Virus record (IMG/VR): IMGVR_UViG_3300037067_027602
Span: 1 to 64,000 of that record
Strand: one strand, 5' to 3'
DNA: 64,000 nt
Source: a virus
Taxonomy: Duplodnaviria > Caudoviricetes
The position numbers and the translations under genes are program-made. The notes beneath the pieces are model-generated. The model saw nothing but the letters and a program-made list of their open reading frames with translations, was not told the origin of the DNA and did not search any database. Positions 35,425 through 44,081 of this stretch are shown piece after piece (the stretch's first letter is position 1; each line of letters starts with the position of its first letter).

Positions 35425-36306
35425 TCAATTCCTCCCGAAAATTGTTGAACCGCGCCCTTCGCAGTTCTTCCCGTCCTCTTGCCTGTCCCCCCGGTAATTT
35501 CCCGGATACCAAGACTTGGCGTTCTCCTCAATCCTCTCCCTGGTCAACGTCCCGTCGAAGACCTCGACATCGTCAATCCCGGGCAGCCCTTTTTCCCTGA
35601 ACTCCTTGAGGAGCCCCGGGGAGAACTTCTCCCTTCTCTGCTCCAGCTTCTCCCTGGGGATGGGGACGGGCATGCCGCACTTCCCGCACCAGCGGTCCAC
35701 CTGGTCCTTGAACTGGTCGGGCGTCCTTTTCCACCAGCCCGGCTCGACCGGGAACCCGCCGGGGCCGTCGAAGATGGTGTCCAGCGCGTAGGCCACCTCG
35801 CAGAAAAACCCGCCTTTGTCGCCGATGGTGGGGCACCATGTCCTCTGGACCCAGCAGTCGTCGATCAGCCGCTTTTTCAACTCAGCGTCCTGGACGACGT
35901 CATTGATGGCGACGGTGATCGGCTGGTGCCGGCAGACTTTCCGCTGCTCGGCGTCGTGGGGGTTGTGGGCGACCATCCCGAACGTCGAGTCTATGAGCCC
36001 CTTGATGGAGTCGAACCGTTTCCCTCCGATGGTCCACAGCCCCATCCGTTGCCTGGGGTATTTGGACTTGATCAGGGTACACACCTCCTCGAACTCCGGA
36101 TGAAGCATGGGCTCCCCGCCAATGATCCCGATCCTTCCCGGGAAATCCTTCAGGGAATCCAAGGCCAGGGAAATCTTCTCCAGGGACATATGGAAACGCT
36201 GGTCGGGGCGGATGTGCCGGCTATGCCGGGAACAATACAGACAATTCATGTTGCAATGGTTGGTCACTTCAATGTGGCAGAACCAGGCTTCCGATATCGC
36301 TTTCAA
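35425..36306 (-). CDS. Radical SAM protein
   Basis: CNMNCLYC, GGEPMLHP, C-terminal Cys cluster. Confidence 0.9.
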   Translation of the reverse strand: MKAISEAWFCHIEVTNHCNMNCLYCSRHSRHIRPDQRFHMSLEKISLALDSLKDFPGRIGIIGGEPMLHPEFEEVCTLIKSKYPRQRMGLWTIGGKRFDSIKGLIDSTFGMVAHNPHDAEQRKVCRHQPITVAINDVVQDAELKKRLIDDCWVQRTWCPTIGDKGGFFCEVAYALDTIFDGPGGFPVEPGWWKRTPDQFKDQVDRWCGKCGMPVPIPREKLEQRREKFSPGLLKEFREKGLPGIDDVEVFDGTLTRERIEENAKSWYPGNYRGDRQEDGKNCEGRGSTIFGRN

Positions 36307-37127
36307 AATTTGGTCTCCATGGTTTTCCCCGCCTCCGCGATCCAGTCGATCCCGGGGGCGAGCATGTTGTTGACTACGTGGGTGGACAGGGACGGGGAGG
36401 GGCTCCACAAAGGGTATGCCCTTTCGTCGGACATGCCGAAACTCCGGTGCTTCCATGCCTGCCGGTAGTATGGATCCGGATCGTCCGGCCTGGAGTTGCG
36501 GGGTTTCGTCAAAGACAGCCACATCGAACAGTCGTGGTTGCCCTCGCTATAGCTCATCATCCTGTGCTTGCCTTGGCGGAAAGCTCTCGACGTGGCCATG
36601 AAAGTCAAGCAGGTCGAGGCCCGCTCCCGCCATATCCTACCATGGCGACCAAGGGGTTGCCTCAAGTTCGACTGGGTGAGCGGATTGTGCTGAGCGCTGC
36701 CATTGCTGTAGTCAGGATGGTCATACAGCGTGACGAACCCTTCCTCCATGGTGGTCCGCAAAAACTCCTCCGCCTCCTCCATCGCCCCCGGAAGATAGAG
36801 ATAGTCGTCCTCGGCCACGCATACCATCCCCTTCCAGCCATCCGGCACGGAATCTAGCTGGCGCCGGAACGTCGGGAGGTTCCCTATGCCGGGAGTCCTG
36901 ACGATCTCTAGGCCGACGTTGGAGCCGGAGAAGACTTCGTTGAAAATCTCTATGTAACCATCCGGGCAACCGTCCAGCATGACCTGCATGCTCGCCTTCA
37001 AGGAGCCAAGCCCGATCCGGAACGACTTGGCGCAAAGCCTGACAAGCCCTTCCTTGTCGCCGTCGAACACCGGCCTGTTGCCGGAGCTTTTGGGGCAAAC
37101 CCTGTATGTGATGAACAAATCCTTCAT
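36303..37127 (-). CDS. Glycosyltransferase (GT-A fold)
   Basis: EDDYLY, VTLYDHPD, STCLTF, PSLSTH. Confidence 0.8.
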   Translation of the reverse strand: MKDLFITYRVCPKSSGNRPVFDGDKEGLVRLCAKSFRIGLGSLKASMQVMLDGCPDGYIEIFNEVFSGSNVGLEIVRTPGIGNLPTFRRQLDSVPDGWKGMVCVAEDDYLYLPGAMEEAEEFLRTTMEEGFVTLYDHPDYSNGSAQHNPLTQSNLRQPLGRHGRIWRERASTCLTFMATSRAFRQGKHRMMSYSEGNHDCSMWLSLTKPRNSRPDDPDPYYRQAWKHRSFGMSDERAYPLWSPSPSLSTHVVNNMLAPGIDWIAEAGKTMETKF

Positions 37128-37139
37128 GAGGTTCTCCTG

Positions 37140-37181
37140 AAAAAGAGGCCGCCCCGGGATTTTGGGGATCCAGGGGCGGCC
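37140..37181 (-). terminator. Intrinsic terminator-like hairpin
   Basis: ggccgcccc/ggggcggcc stem with inner ggat/atcc pair, followed by tcttttt on the minus strand. Confidence 0.65.
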
Positions 37182-37228
37182 AAACCAGAAACAGGAGGGC
37201 GGTGTCTGGGGAACAAATCCGCTCACTG
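37140..37228 (-). ncRNA. Candidate ~90 nt small RNA or structured leader containing an anti-RBS segment
   Basis: Promoter upstream, 9-bp GC stem plus UCUUUUU at the 3' end, contains CCCUCCUGUUUCUGGUU. Confidence 0.5.
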
Positions 37229-37233
37229 ACCTG

Positions 37234-37262
37234 AATCTACAACCACCCCCCGCGATTGTCAA
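37234..37262 (-). promoter_or_regulatory. Sigma70-type promoter
   Basis: TTGACA-N17-TAGATT. Confidence 0.7.
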
Positions 37263-37269
37263 GCAAAAA

Positions 37270-38418
37270 TCAGACGGAAAGCAAAAAATCCCTCATTTTG
37301 ACGCAAGCCATGTCCCAGGTCCAGAGGCTCTCCATGGAGATCCTCGCCCTCTTGCCACGTTCCCTGGCGGCCGCCGGGTTGGCCCTCGCCTCCAGCATGG
37401 TCTCCACCAGGTGGTCGAAGCTGGGCTCGGCCCACTTCTGGCCATGGTACAGGGGGAGGTTGGGGGCGTTGGCCGGCCTGATGTCGACCAGCTTGTAGTC
37501 GAGGAGCCAGGAGTTGTCCTTGGTCATGTACTCCGTGTTGCCGCCCCAGTCCGTTGCGACCACGGGGACCCCGGCGGCCATGGCCTCGGAGGCGCACAGG
37601 TTCCAGCCCTCGCAGTGCGACGGGGCGAGGAGGCAGTCCAGCGACGTGTAGAACGACGGCATGTCCTCGCCGGGCAGCACGGAGCTCACCATGTACACCG
37701 GAGCGGTCTCCGCCCTGGATTTCCCGGTCTCCCGCCGGCACATCTCGACGGCGCGGGCGAGGGTCTCCGCCCCGCCCTTCTCGCCCCTAGCCCCGGCCTT
37801 GAGGATCAGGGCGACCCCGTCGTTTTTGCCGAAGGCCGTGAAATATGCCCTCAACGCCTCGAGCGGGCATTTGCGCTCGTTCCAGTCGATGTTCATTCCG
37901 AAGGAGAACACGCCATCCCTCTTCTGGAACATGGGCTCGACGCCGGGGTTGAACCTGGCGCAGTCCACCCCGTGCGGGACGACATGGACGTTCCTGGCGC
38001 CGGCCGCGGTGAACGTGCCCCTGTTGAACTCCGAGAAGACGACGACATGGTCCATCGCCCGAAGGGGGAGGAGCCATTGCTTCGGGACGCCGTCGGTCTC
38101 CCAGGTGGTGACGGCGACATGGACGTCCGCCAGGGGGTCTATCCCCCAAAGCTCGGCGGTGAGGTTGTAGGCCAGGATCTTCCTGGCCCCCTCCACGTCG
38201 GGGCGGACCTTCGAGAGGCGGTTGACGTCTTTCGCCACCTGGCCGATGCCCGCCGGCTCCTTCCAGAAGGAGAGCGGGGTCAGCCGGACGTCCACTCCGA
38301 GCTTGTCCAGGCCGATGACGTAGTTTCTGGTCGCCTCCCCGTAGCCGGAGGGGTCCAGGGCGGAGCCCGCCCAGCGGACCTGGATGGGCGGTCGGACGGT
38401 TTTGTCGATGTCTGGCAT
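37270..38418 (-). CDS. Glycosyltransferase family 4
   Basis: SGYG, TTWET, VVPHGVD, RK, EGWNL...EAMAAG.PVVAT. Confidence 0.92.
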   Translation of the reverse strand: MPDIDKTVRPPIQVRWAGSALDPSGYGEATRNYVIGLDKLGVDVRLTPLSFWKEPAGIGQVAKDVNRLSKVRPDVEGARKILAYNLTAELWGIDPLADVHVAVTTWETDGVPKQWLLPLRAMDHVVVFSEFNRGTFTAAGARNVHVVPHGVDCARFNPGVEPMFQKRDGVFSFGMNIDWNERKCPLEALRAYFTAFGKNDGVALILKAGARGEKGGAETLARAVEMCRRETGKSRAETAPVYMVSSVLPGEDMPSFYTSLDCLLAPSHCEGWNLCASEAMAAGVPVVATDWGGNTEYMTKDNSWLLDYKLVDIRPANAPNLPLYHGQKWAEPSFDHLVETMLEARANPAAARERGKRARISMESLWTWDMACVKMRDFLLSV

Positions 38419-38422
38419 GTTT

Positions 38423-40228
38423 TCAAATCTCCAAAAGGGTTGGTTTCGGGGAGGGGAGCGAGGAGTCGTGCCCCAGCGTCATGTCGAACAGTTTCATCCA
38501 GGCGTCGAGGAACGGCCCCCAGGCGTATTCCTTGGCCCTCTCCAGCCCGAGCCCGGAGAGCCGGGAGCGCAGCCTCGAGCCCGTCTCCAGGGCGGACTCG
38601 TCCCAGCCTGGCGAGGTCTCGTCCAAATAGCGGCGCCATTTCTTGACGAACCCGTCCTTGTCCTCCATGTACATCTTGTCGAGGCGCATGGCGAAATCCA
38701 GCTCGTCCACCAGGGCCCGCTGGGCGTTGATCCGGGGTTCAGTCATGAAATGCGCCACGCGGATCAGCTCGGCGCAATCGGCGCAGAAGTCCAGATGGGC
38801 GCTGTAGTTCGTGATGAGCATCGGGGCGCCGCAGGCCATCGCCTCGAGGGCAGGGAGACAATTGTGGACGGCTACTCCGGATACCGTGTAAGAGTTGTCA
38901 TCCTCCACCTCAAGGTTGTAAATATCCCCCTCGTATACACGGGAAGATTTGGCCGACACGATTCCCGGAGTAACGAAAGAGGGGCGGAACAGGCCATTCC
39001 CCACCTCCACGGAAGAAGCTTCCCTCCAGTCGAACCCCTCATCCCCAGGGTGGGAATACAGAAGATGTTTTGGGGTACATTCCAAAACGCCGTCATCAAA
39101 ACTAAGGACGGACAGTTCCCCGCAGTATCTTCTAGAGAAAGTTTCTGTCACTTTTTTTAGCCGACCGACATGTGTGACCACTTCTTCGCCGATGGTGACA
39201 TCCTCAATAGGCTTCTTTCCATCCTTGCATTCCACCATGCTTCCTGGAGGAAAACAGAATCCCTCCCCGGTGGTCGGCAACGCCCAAACGTCGAAAGACC
39301 CGATGATCCTCCCGAGGGTCTCGACGTCCACCCCCATGCCGACCTTCATGCCGCGCGGGAACACCAGCTTGTCGACCACGCCCTCCCTTCCCGCCAGCTC
39401 CACGAGATCCCATCCGATGTCGTCGGTGGCGGCGTGGATATAGAGGACTGTGTCCTCCTTGGCCGGGAAGCGGTGAAAGCCGGACAACCCGCCGCAGGCG
39501 CACTTGGCCGGCTCCTGCCCGAAGGCGATGGAACCGCAGTCCATGCAGGTGGAGCAGGCGGATGAGAACATGGAGAACGCCCGGATCAAGGCCGGGAGGT
39601 TCTTCCGCGGCTGGTTCCTCGCCACGGTGCCGACGATGAACTTGTCTCCGTTGGGGCAGATGGTGGCCCTGGTCCCAACCCTCTCGTCCGGGGACGGAGG
39701 TTTGAACACCGACAGGTCGACGCCGTGCGGGATCGCGGCCAGACGGCCCTTGTTCACGTTCGGGAAAGCCTTGGCGATCTCCTCCACGCCGTACTTGCCG
39801 TAGAGCACCAGCTGGTCGGCGGCCTGGAACACGTCCGCCCAGCGGCTGTAGATGGGGCCGGAGTCGATCGGGATGTAGAGGACCAGCTTGAACCTGTTCC
39901 TGAACTGCGACTTTGTGGCGGCGGTGACCATCCAGGCGTCGCCCACGGCGAGGACCAGGTCGGGCCGGAAACGCGAGCACACCTCGTCGAAGGTGACGTG
40001 GGCGTACTTGTCCTTCTCCCTCTCCTCCCCGTTGCCGTGCTTCGTCCGGCGGATGCCGTAAGGGACGGCCTCCCCGGAACCGTTGTCGAACCAGCCTATG
40101 ACCGCCAGCTCGTGTTTCCCCGACCCGGCGATCCTGTCGCAGATCTTCCGGATCACCGTGGCGAACCCCGTGTGGATGCGGGGACTGTCTCCCATAACTA
40201 GAATTCTCGGTTTCCTCGCCCAGGACAT
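38423..40228 (-). CDS. Glycosyltransferase family 4 with mini-intein and Cys-rich insert
   Basis: TGFATV, IPHGVD, RNQPRKN, GEGF|CLPALEAMACG. Confidence 0.92.
   Translation of the reverse strand: MSWARKPRILVMGDSPRIHTGFATVIRKICDRIAGSGKHELAVIGWFDNGSGEAVPYGIRRTKHGNGEEREKDKYAHVTFDEVCSRFRPDLVLAVGDAWMVTAATKSQFRNRFKLVLYIPIDSGPIYSRWADVFQAADQLVLYGKYGVEEIAKAFPNVNKGRLAAIPHGVDLSVFKPPSPDERVGTRATICPNGDKFIVGTVARNQPRKNLPALIRAFSMFSSACSTCMDCGSIAFGQEPAKCACGGLSGFHRFPAKEDTVLYIHAATDDIGWDLVELAGREGVVDKLVFPRGMKVGMGVDVETLGRIIGSFDVWALPTTGEGFCFPPGSMVECKDGKKPIEDVTIGEEVVTHVGRLKKVTETFSRRYCGELSVLSFDDGVLECTPKHLLYSHPGDEGFDWREASSVEVGNGLFRPSFVTPGIVSAKSSRVYEGDIYNLEVEDDNSYTVSGVAVHNCLPALEAMACGAPMLITNYSAHLDFCADCAELIRVAHFMTEPRINAQRALVDELDFAMRLDKMYMEDKDGFVKKWRRYLDETSPGWDESALETGSRLRSRLSGLGLERAKEYAWGPFLDAWMKLFDMTLGHDSSLPSPKPTLLEI
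38861..39256 (-). mobile_element. Mini-intein (132 aa, no endonuclease)
   Basis: Starts CFPPGSMV, block B CTPKH, IYNLEVEDDNSY, ends VHN|C. Confidence 0.93.
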
Positions 40229-40245
40229 GTTTTCCCCCTGCCTTT

Positions 40246-41415
40246 CTATTTGGTTTTTTTGACCTTTTTGGCGGACGTCCCAACTTTGGTGACGAGAGGG
40301 TATCTCGCCCCGTCCATCTCCGTCAGCATCCCCTCCAGCTCCGCGTAGGCGGCGCCATCCCCGGACACGAACTTGATGAGGTCGTTCACCGGCACCCAGG
40401 ACAGGAGATCTTTCTCCATGCCCCTTTTCCTGATTAGCCCCTCGATGTCCTCCCTGACGCAGAATTTCTCCTTGCGCTGCACCAGCGAGAGCTTGACGTC
40501 GTCGAACACGAGCTTGCTATGCCCGCCCTCGAACAACGCTGCGGTGACCCATCCCTTCACCGGTTTCCTTTCCTTCTCGACGTTCGACTCCATGACGCCC
40601 AGGGCGTCGTAGACGATCGCCATGGAGCGCAAATCTCCGCCTCTGGCCTTGTCGGCGATGTCCGCCAGCCCGGGGATCGCCTTCGCGGCGATGGAGAAAA
40701 GCTTGGAGTACTCCTTGCATTCGGCCCGGTGGGGGCAGTTCCAGCAAAAGGAGTTCACCGTCTCCACCGGATGGTCGTCCTTGACGATGCAGTCGAAGAG
40801 ATGGTCGAAGTACGTCAGGTACTCCATCGCGTCCTTGCGGAACACGCTGATGGTCTCCACCCTTCCGGTGTTCAGGTAGATATACCTGAACCGCACCTCC
40901 TCCACGCCTGCGAAATCGAGGTTGGAGAAGATGTAGGCGGGGTAGAGCAGCGTCTGGTGCTTTTTCGCCAGCTCGTCCCTCGAAGGAATGAAAAAACCCG
41001 ACTTGTAGTCGTCGATCTGGACGACCGTGGGGGAGACGTAGTCGAGCCGGTCCATGTAGCCGATGCCCTCCTGGCCGCCCGGCCGGAACAGGTGGAACTC
41101 CACCTCGCAGCCGATGACCCCGAGGTCCTCGTGGCGCGGCTCCCAGTCCATCATCCAGCGGGCCATCCTGATGGCGTGCTCGAAATTCTCCTTGCCGGGG
41201 CAGGAGACCTCGGCGCAGGCGAGCCGGACGCATTCCTCCGGGTTGGCCAGCTTGCACGGGTCGTAGTAGAGCTCCAGGATCTTGTGGGCGAGCGTCCCCT
41301 TGCGGGTGGCGTCGGTGTTCTCCGACCTGATCCCGAGCTCGTAGCGCTTGTAGTAGGCCATGGAGCAGGACTCATAGGTCTCCGCCCCGGATTGGCTAAG
41401 GCGGTCGCATTTCAT
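40246..41415 (-). CDS. PD-(D/E)XK nuclease (RecB/AddB-like)
   Basis: LSQS..ETYESC, GTLAH..LE, GYMDRLD, DDYKSG, Q...Y, CWNCPHR.EC. Confidence 0.88.
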   Translation of the reverse strand: MKCDRLSQSGAETYESCSMAYYKRYELGIRSENTDATRKGTLAHKILELYYDPCKLANPEECVRLACAEVSCPGKENFEHAIRMARWMMDWEPRHEDLGVIGCEVEFHLFRPGGQEGIGYMDRLDYVSPTVVQIDDYKSGFFIPSRDELAKKHQTLLYPAYIFSNLDFAGVEEVRFRYIYLNTGRVETISVFRKDAMEYLTYFDHLFDCIVKDDHPVETVNSFCWNCPHRAECKEYSKLFSIAAKAIPGLADIADKARGGDLRSMAIVYDALGVMESNVEKERKPVKGWVTAALFEGGHSKLVFDDVKLSLVQRKEKFCVREDIEGLIRKRGMEKDLLSWVPVNDLIKFVSGDGAAYAELEGMLTEMDGARYPLVTKVGTSAKKVKKTK

Positions 41416-42158
41416 GGCTTCGCCGCTTTCTTGGTTTTGGGGGGTTTGGCTTTTCTCGGCGGCACCGGAAAGAAAACGCTCTCGGCGATGGACTCGGACA
41501 CCAACGGGCGCAGCTCGTCGTCACGCCGCAACTTGACGTTCGCCTTTGTGATCATCTCCTTTTTGCGGATGTCCCCGGACAGCATGCCGAATTTCATGGT
41601 CTGGCAAAGCTCCGGCCAAGATTTGTCCCATGTGCCCTCCGAGAACGCAGTTTGGCGGTCGAGGGCCATGGCGATCATGGCGGCGTCCGCCTCATCGTCC
41701 GTGGCGAACGAGATGCCCGTCCTCTTCTGGGCGAGCAGGAGGTAGCCGGTGTCCTTTTTGACGCTGCCGTCGCCGAGAACCAGGAATTTCCAGCTGGTGG
41801 AAGGCATCGTGGAGAGCTTGACCGAGGACGCCCCCACGAAGATCTCCTCGATCTGGGAGATCATGAAAAAGTTTAGCACCCCGTTCAGCTCCGCCAGCTT
41901 CGTGATGTTGCTGGTCTGGGCGCTGAAGGCGTAGCCCTCGCGGACCACGGCCACGGAATACCCTGGCTCTGCGCGCAAAAAAAACTCCGTGAGGGTGGAA
42001 ACTATGTTTACCGGCGTCTTGATCGACCTGAGGACGCCATCGGCGATGTCGGTTGGAAAACGTTCGGACAACACCGGAATAGAAGACCCCCTCTTGATGA
42101 TGGACAAGGCCGCCCCTGTGATGGAGGCGTCGATGCCGACGATGTATTGCTCTGGCAT
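41412..42158 (-). CDS. RuvC-like Holliday junction resolvase
   Basis: VGIDASITG, REGYAF, LAEL.G, WK....G.G...K, DDEADA. Confidence 0.85.
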   Translation of the reverse strand: MPEQYIVGIDASITGAALSIIKRGSSIPVLSERFPTDIADGVLRSIKTPVNIVSTLTEFFLRAEPGYSVAVVREGYAFSAQTSNITKLAELNGVLNFFMISQIEEIFVGASSVKLSTMPSTSWKFLVLGDGSVKKDTGYLLLAQKRTGISFATDDEADAAMIAMALDRQTAFSEGTWDKSWPELCQTMKFGMLSGDIRKKEMITKANVKLRRDDELRPLVSESIAESVFFPVPPRKAKPPKTKKAAKP

Positions 42159-42206
42159 TTCTTGTTCCCCTTGGAAAGCCGCCCCGGAGGGCGGCTATGG
42201 TTTGCC

Positions 42207-42980
42207 TCACACCGGGATGTCGTCCTCGGGGGGAGCGTCCTGATATTGTTGCTGCGGGGCGGCCGGGCGTCCGTATGGCTGTTGGGGCGGGCGCTGGTAT
42301 CCCTGGTGCGGGGGCGGAGGTTGTTGATAACCGCCCTGGGGATGCGCCGGCCGCTGCTGCGGAGGGGGCTGGCCCTGGTATCCGCCGCTCTGCCTGGTGG
42401 GGGTGTCGCGGTCGACGTCGGGGGGAGGGGGCTGTTGCCGCTGTTGATAACCCCCCTGTTGTGGCTGGCGCTGGCCGCCGTTGTTGTTGCCCTTGTTGCC
42501 GAAGAACATTGTCCCGGGAGGGCCCGCCATGAAGAAGACGAACTCGTGGATGATGGCGCCGCGCGCCTGGGGGTTGGTGTTCTTCCAGGGGGCGTACTTG
42601 CCGACGAGCTGGACCATGTCGCCGGGGTTGCACTGGTTGATGAACTCAAGCGCCCGGTCGCCGAAGACTTTGCAGGAGATGTAGGCCTGGCTTCTCTCCT
42701 CGGCCACATGCAGCCTGAACTTGGCGAACTGCTTGCCGTTCTGGGTCGCGCCCCACTCGATGGACTCGCGCCCCTGCATCTGCGTCTGGCAGATCTCGCC
42801 GATGAACATGCAGCAATTGACGCTGAAAAGGTCGCCTCCGCCGCCCTGCGCTTGCTGCTGGGGGGGTTGCTGTTGCGGGGGAGGCTGTCCCTGGTATCCT
42901 CCGCCGCGCTGTTGGTAGCCTCCCTGTTGCGGACGGGGCTGCTGGTATCCGCCCCCCTGGTCTTGGTAGCCCTGTGACAT
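42207..42980 (-). CDS. ssb: Single-stranded DNA-binding protein with Q/G/P/Y-rich arms
   Basis: OB core VNCCMFIG...GKQFAKFRL...YISCKVFG...GDMVQLVG; acidic tip EDDIPV; own RBS gaaggag. Confidence 0.8.
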   Translation of the reverse strand: MSQGYQDQGGGYQQPRPQQGGYQQRGGGYQGQPPPQQQPPQQQAQGGGGDLFSVNCCMFIGEICQTQMQGRESIEWGATQNGKQFAKFRLHVAEERSQAYISCKVFGDRALEFINQCNPGDMVQLVGKYAPWKNTNPQARGAIIHEFVFFMAGPPGTMFFGNKGNNNGGQRQPQQGGYQQRQQPPPPDVDRDTPTRQSGGYQGQPPPQQRPAHPQGGYQQPPPPHQGYQRPPQQPYGRPAAPQQQYQDAPPEDDIPV

Positions 42981-44081
42981 TTGACCCGCTCCTTCTGGTT
43001 CTTGGTTTAAAACCCCATACTGTACACCACGCACATCCGGGGCGCAAATAATTTTTTCCGCATTGTTCAACAATTTATGGATTTCCTCCGGCTCCATGGA
43101 CCCTATGTCCCTGGAGTCGGCGAACGGCAGCCTCAGCAGATCCACCCGCCCGAACATGGCCGCCACGGCCTTGTCGGAACCTTTCCTGCCGGCCTTGTCG
43201 GGGTCGAGGGCGAGCACGACGGTGGACGAGAGCCCCACGACCAGCTCCATCTGCTCCATGGTCATCCCGCTTCCCATGATTGCGACGATGTTTTCGATCC
43301 CTGCCATCCAGCATTTCCAGAGGTCGCAGAAACCCTCGACGACAAGGACCCATCCGGACTCCGCTATATGGGGTCTGGCCAGGTGCAGCCCGTAGAGGTT
43401 CCCTCCCCGGTCGCTGCCCTTCCCCTGCCGGTATTTTCCCGGGGCGTCCTCGTCCGCCACCATCCTGCCCGAGATGCCAACCAATGATCCATCCCCCGAC
43501 CTGATCGGGATCACCGCCCTGTTCGGGAACTCGTCGTGCATCCACGGGGTGTCCATCGAGTGGCAGGAGCCCACCTCGAACAAATCCAGGACCCAGTCCG
43601 GGAACCCCCTCTCGTTGAAATAGGAGTTCCTCCTGGATTTGCACCTGGCGACGAACTCCTCGCAAAGGTACTCGGTGGGGATGACCTCTTTCCTCGCCCT
43701 CTCCCCCCACAACGCCTCCGCGCATTTGGCGAGCGCCCCTCCGGACGCCCGTTTGTGGAAGACGCCGTCGTCGTCGACCCCGCAGAAATCCATGAGCCAA
43801 CGCAAAGCGGCGGGGAAATCCACGTCCATCAACGCCATCACCAAGTCTACAGCGTCGCCGTGCGCCCCGCCGCATTGGGTGTAGCACTTCCAATGGAAGC
43901 CCTGCCCTCCCTCGACGGAGCGGAGGTTGATGGCGAACGCCGTCGGGTTGTCCCCGCCATGGATGGGGCATGGGCTGCGCAGCTCCGTCCCGTCGTCCTG
44001 GCAAATCTGGACTCCCAGCTCGGCGCAGAGGGCCCGGCCGTCGAGGTTCGCCATCAGCTCGTCTTTAAGCTCGGCGTTCAT
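42207..44081 (-). CDS. dnaG: DnaG-type primase reading in frame into SSB
   Basis: CPIH...CYTQC Zn finger, RAVIPI, GISGR, TOPRIM VVEG..D and DPDKAG; no stop before the SSB ATG. Confidence 0.88.
   Translation of the reverse strand: MNAELKDELMANLDGRALCAELGVQICQDDGTELRSPCPIHGGDNPTAFAINLRSVEGGQGFHWKCYTQCGGAHGDAVDLVMALMDVDFPAALRWLMDFCGVDDDGVFHKRASGGALAKCAEALWGERARKEVIPTEYLCEEFVARCKSRRNSYFNERGFPDWVLDLFEVGSCHSMDTPWMHDEFPNRAVIPIRSGDGSLVGISGRMVADEDAPGKYRQGKGSDRGGNLYGLHLARPHIAESGWVLVVEGFCDLWKCWMAGIENIVAIMGSGMTMEQMELVVGLSSTVVLALDPDKAGRKGSDKAVAAMFGRVDLLRLPFADSRDIGSMEPEEIHKLLNNAEKIICAPDVRGVQYGVLNQEPEGAGQMSQGYQDQGGGYQQPRPQQGGYQQRGGGYQGQPPPQQQPPQQQAQGGGGDLFSVNCCMFIGEICQTQMQGRESIEWGATQNGKQFAKFRLHVAEERSQAYISCKVFGDRALEFINQCNPGDMVQLVGKYAPWKNTNPQARGAIIHEFVFFMAGPPGTMFFGNKGNNNGGQRQPQQGGYQQRQQPPPPDVDRDTPTRQSGGYQGQPPPQQRPAHPQGGYQQPPPPHQGYQRPPQQPYGRPAAPQQQYQDAPPEDDIPV
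43019..43057 (-). promoter_or_regulatory. Internal promoter for ssb within the primase-SSB linker
   Basis: A tract, TTGCGC-N17-TACAGT, then aaccaagaaccagaaggag. Confidence 0.55.

Noticed and set aside
37202-37234. 10-codon plus-strand micro-ORF after the RBS-like motif
   Set aside because: Shine-Dalgarno spacing is too short, and the promoter and terminator signals point to the minus strand.
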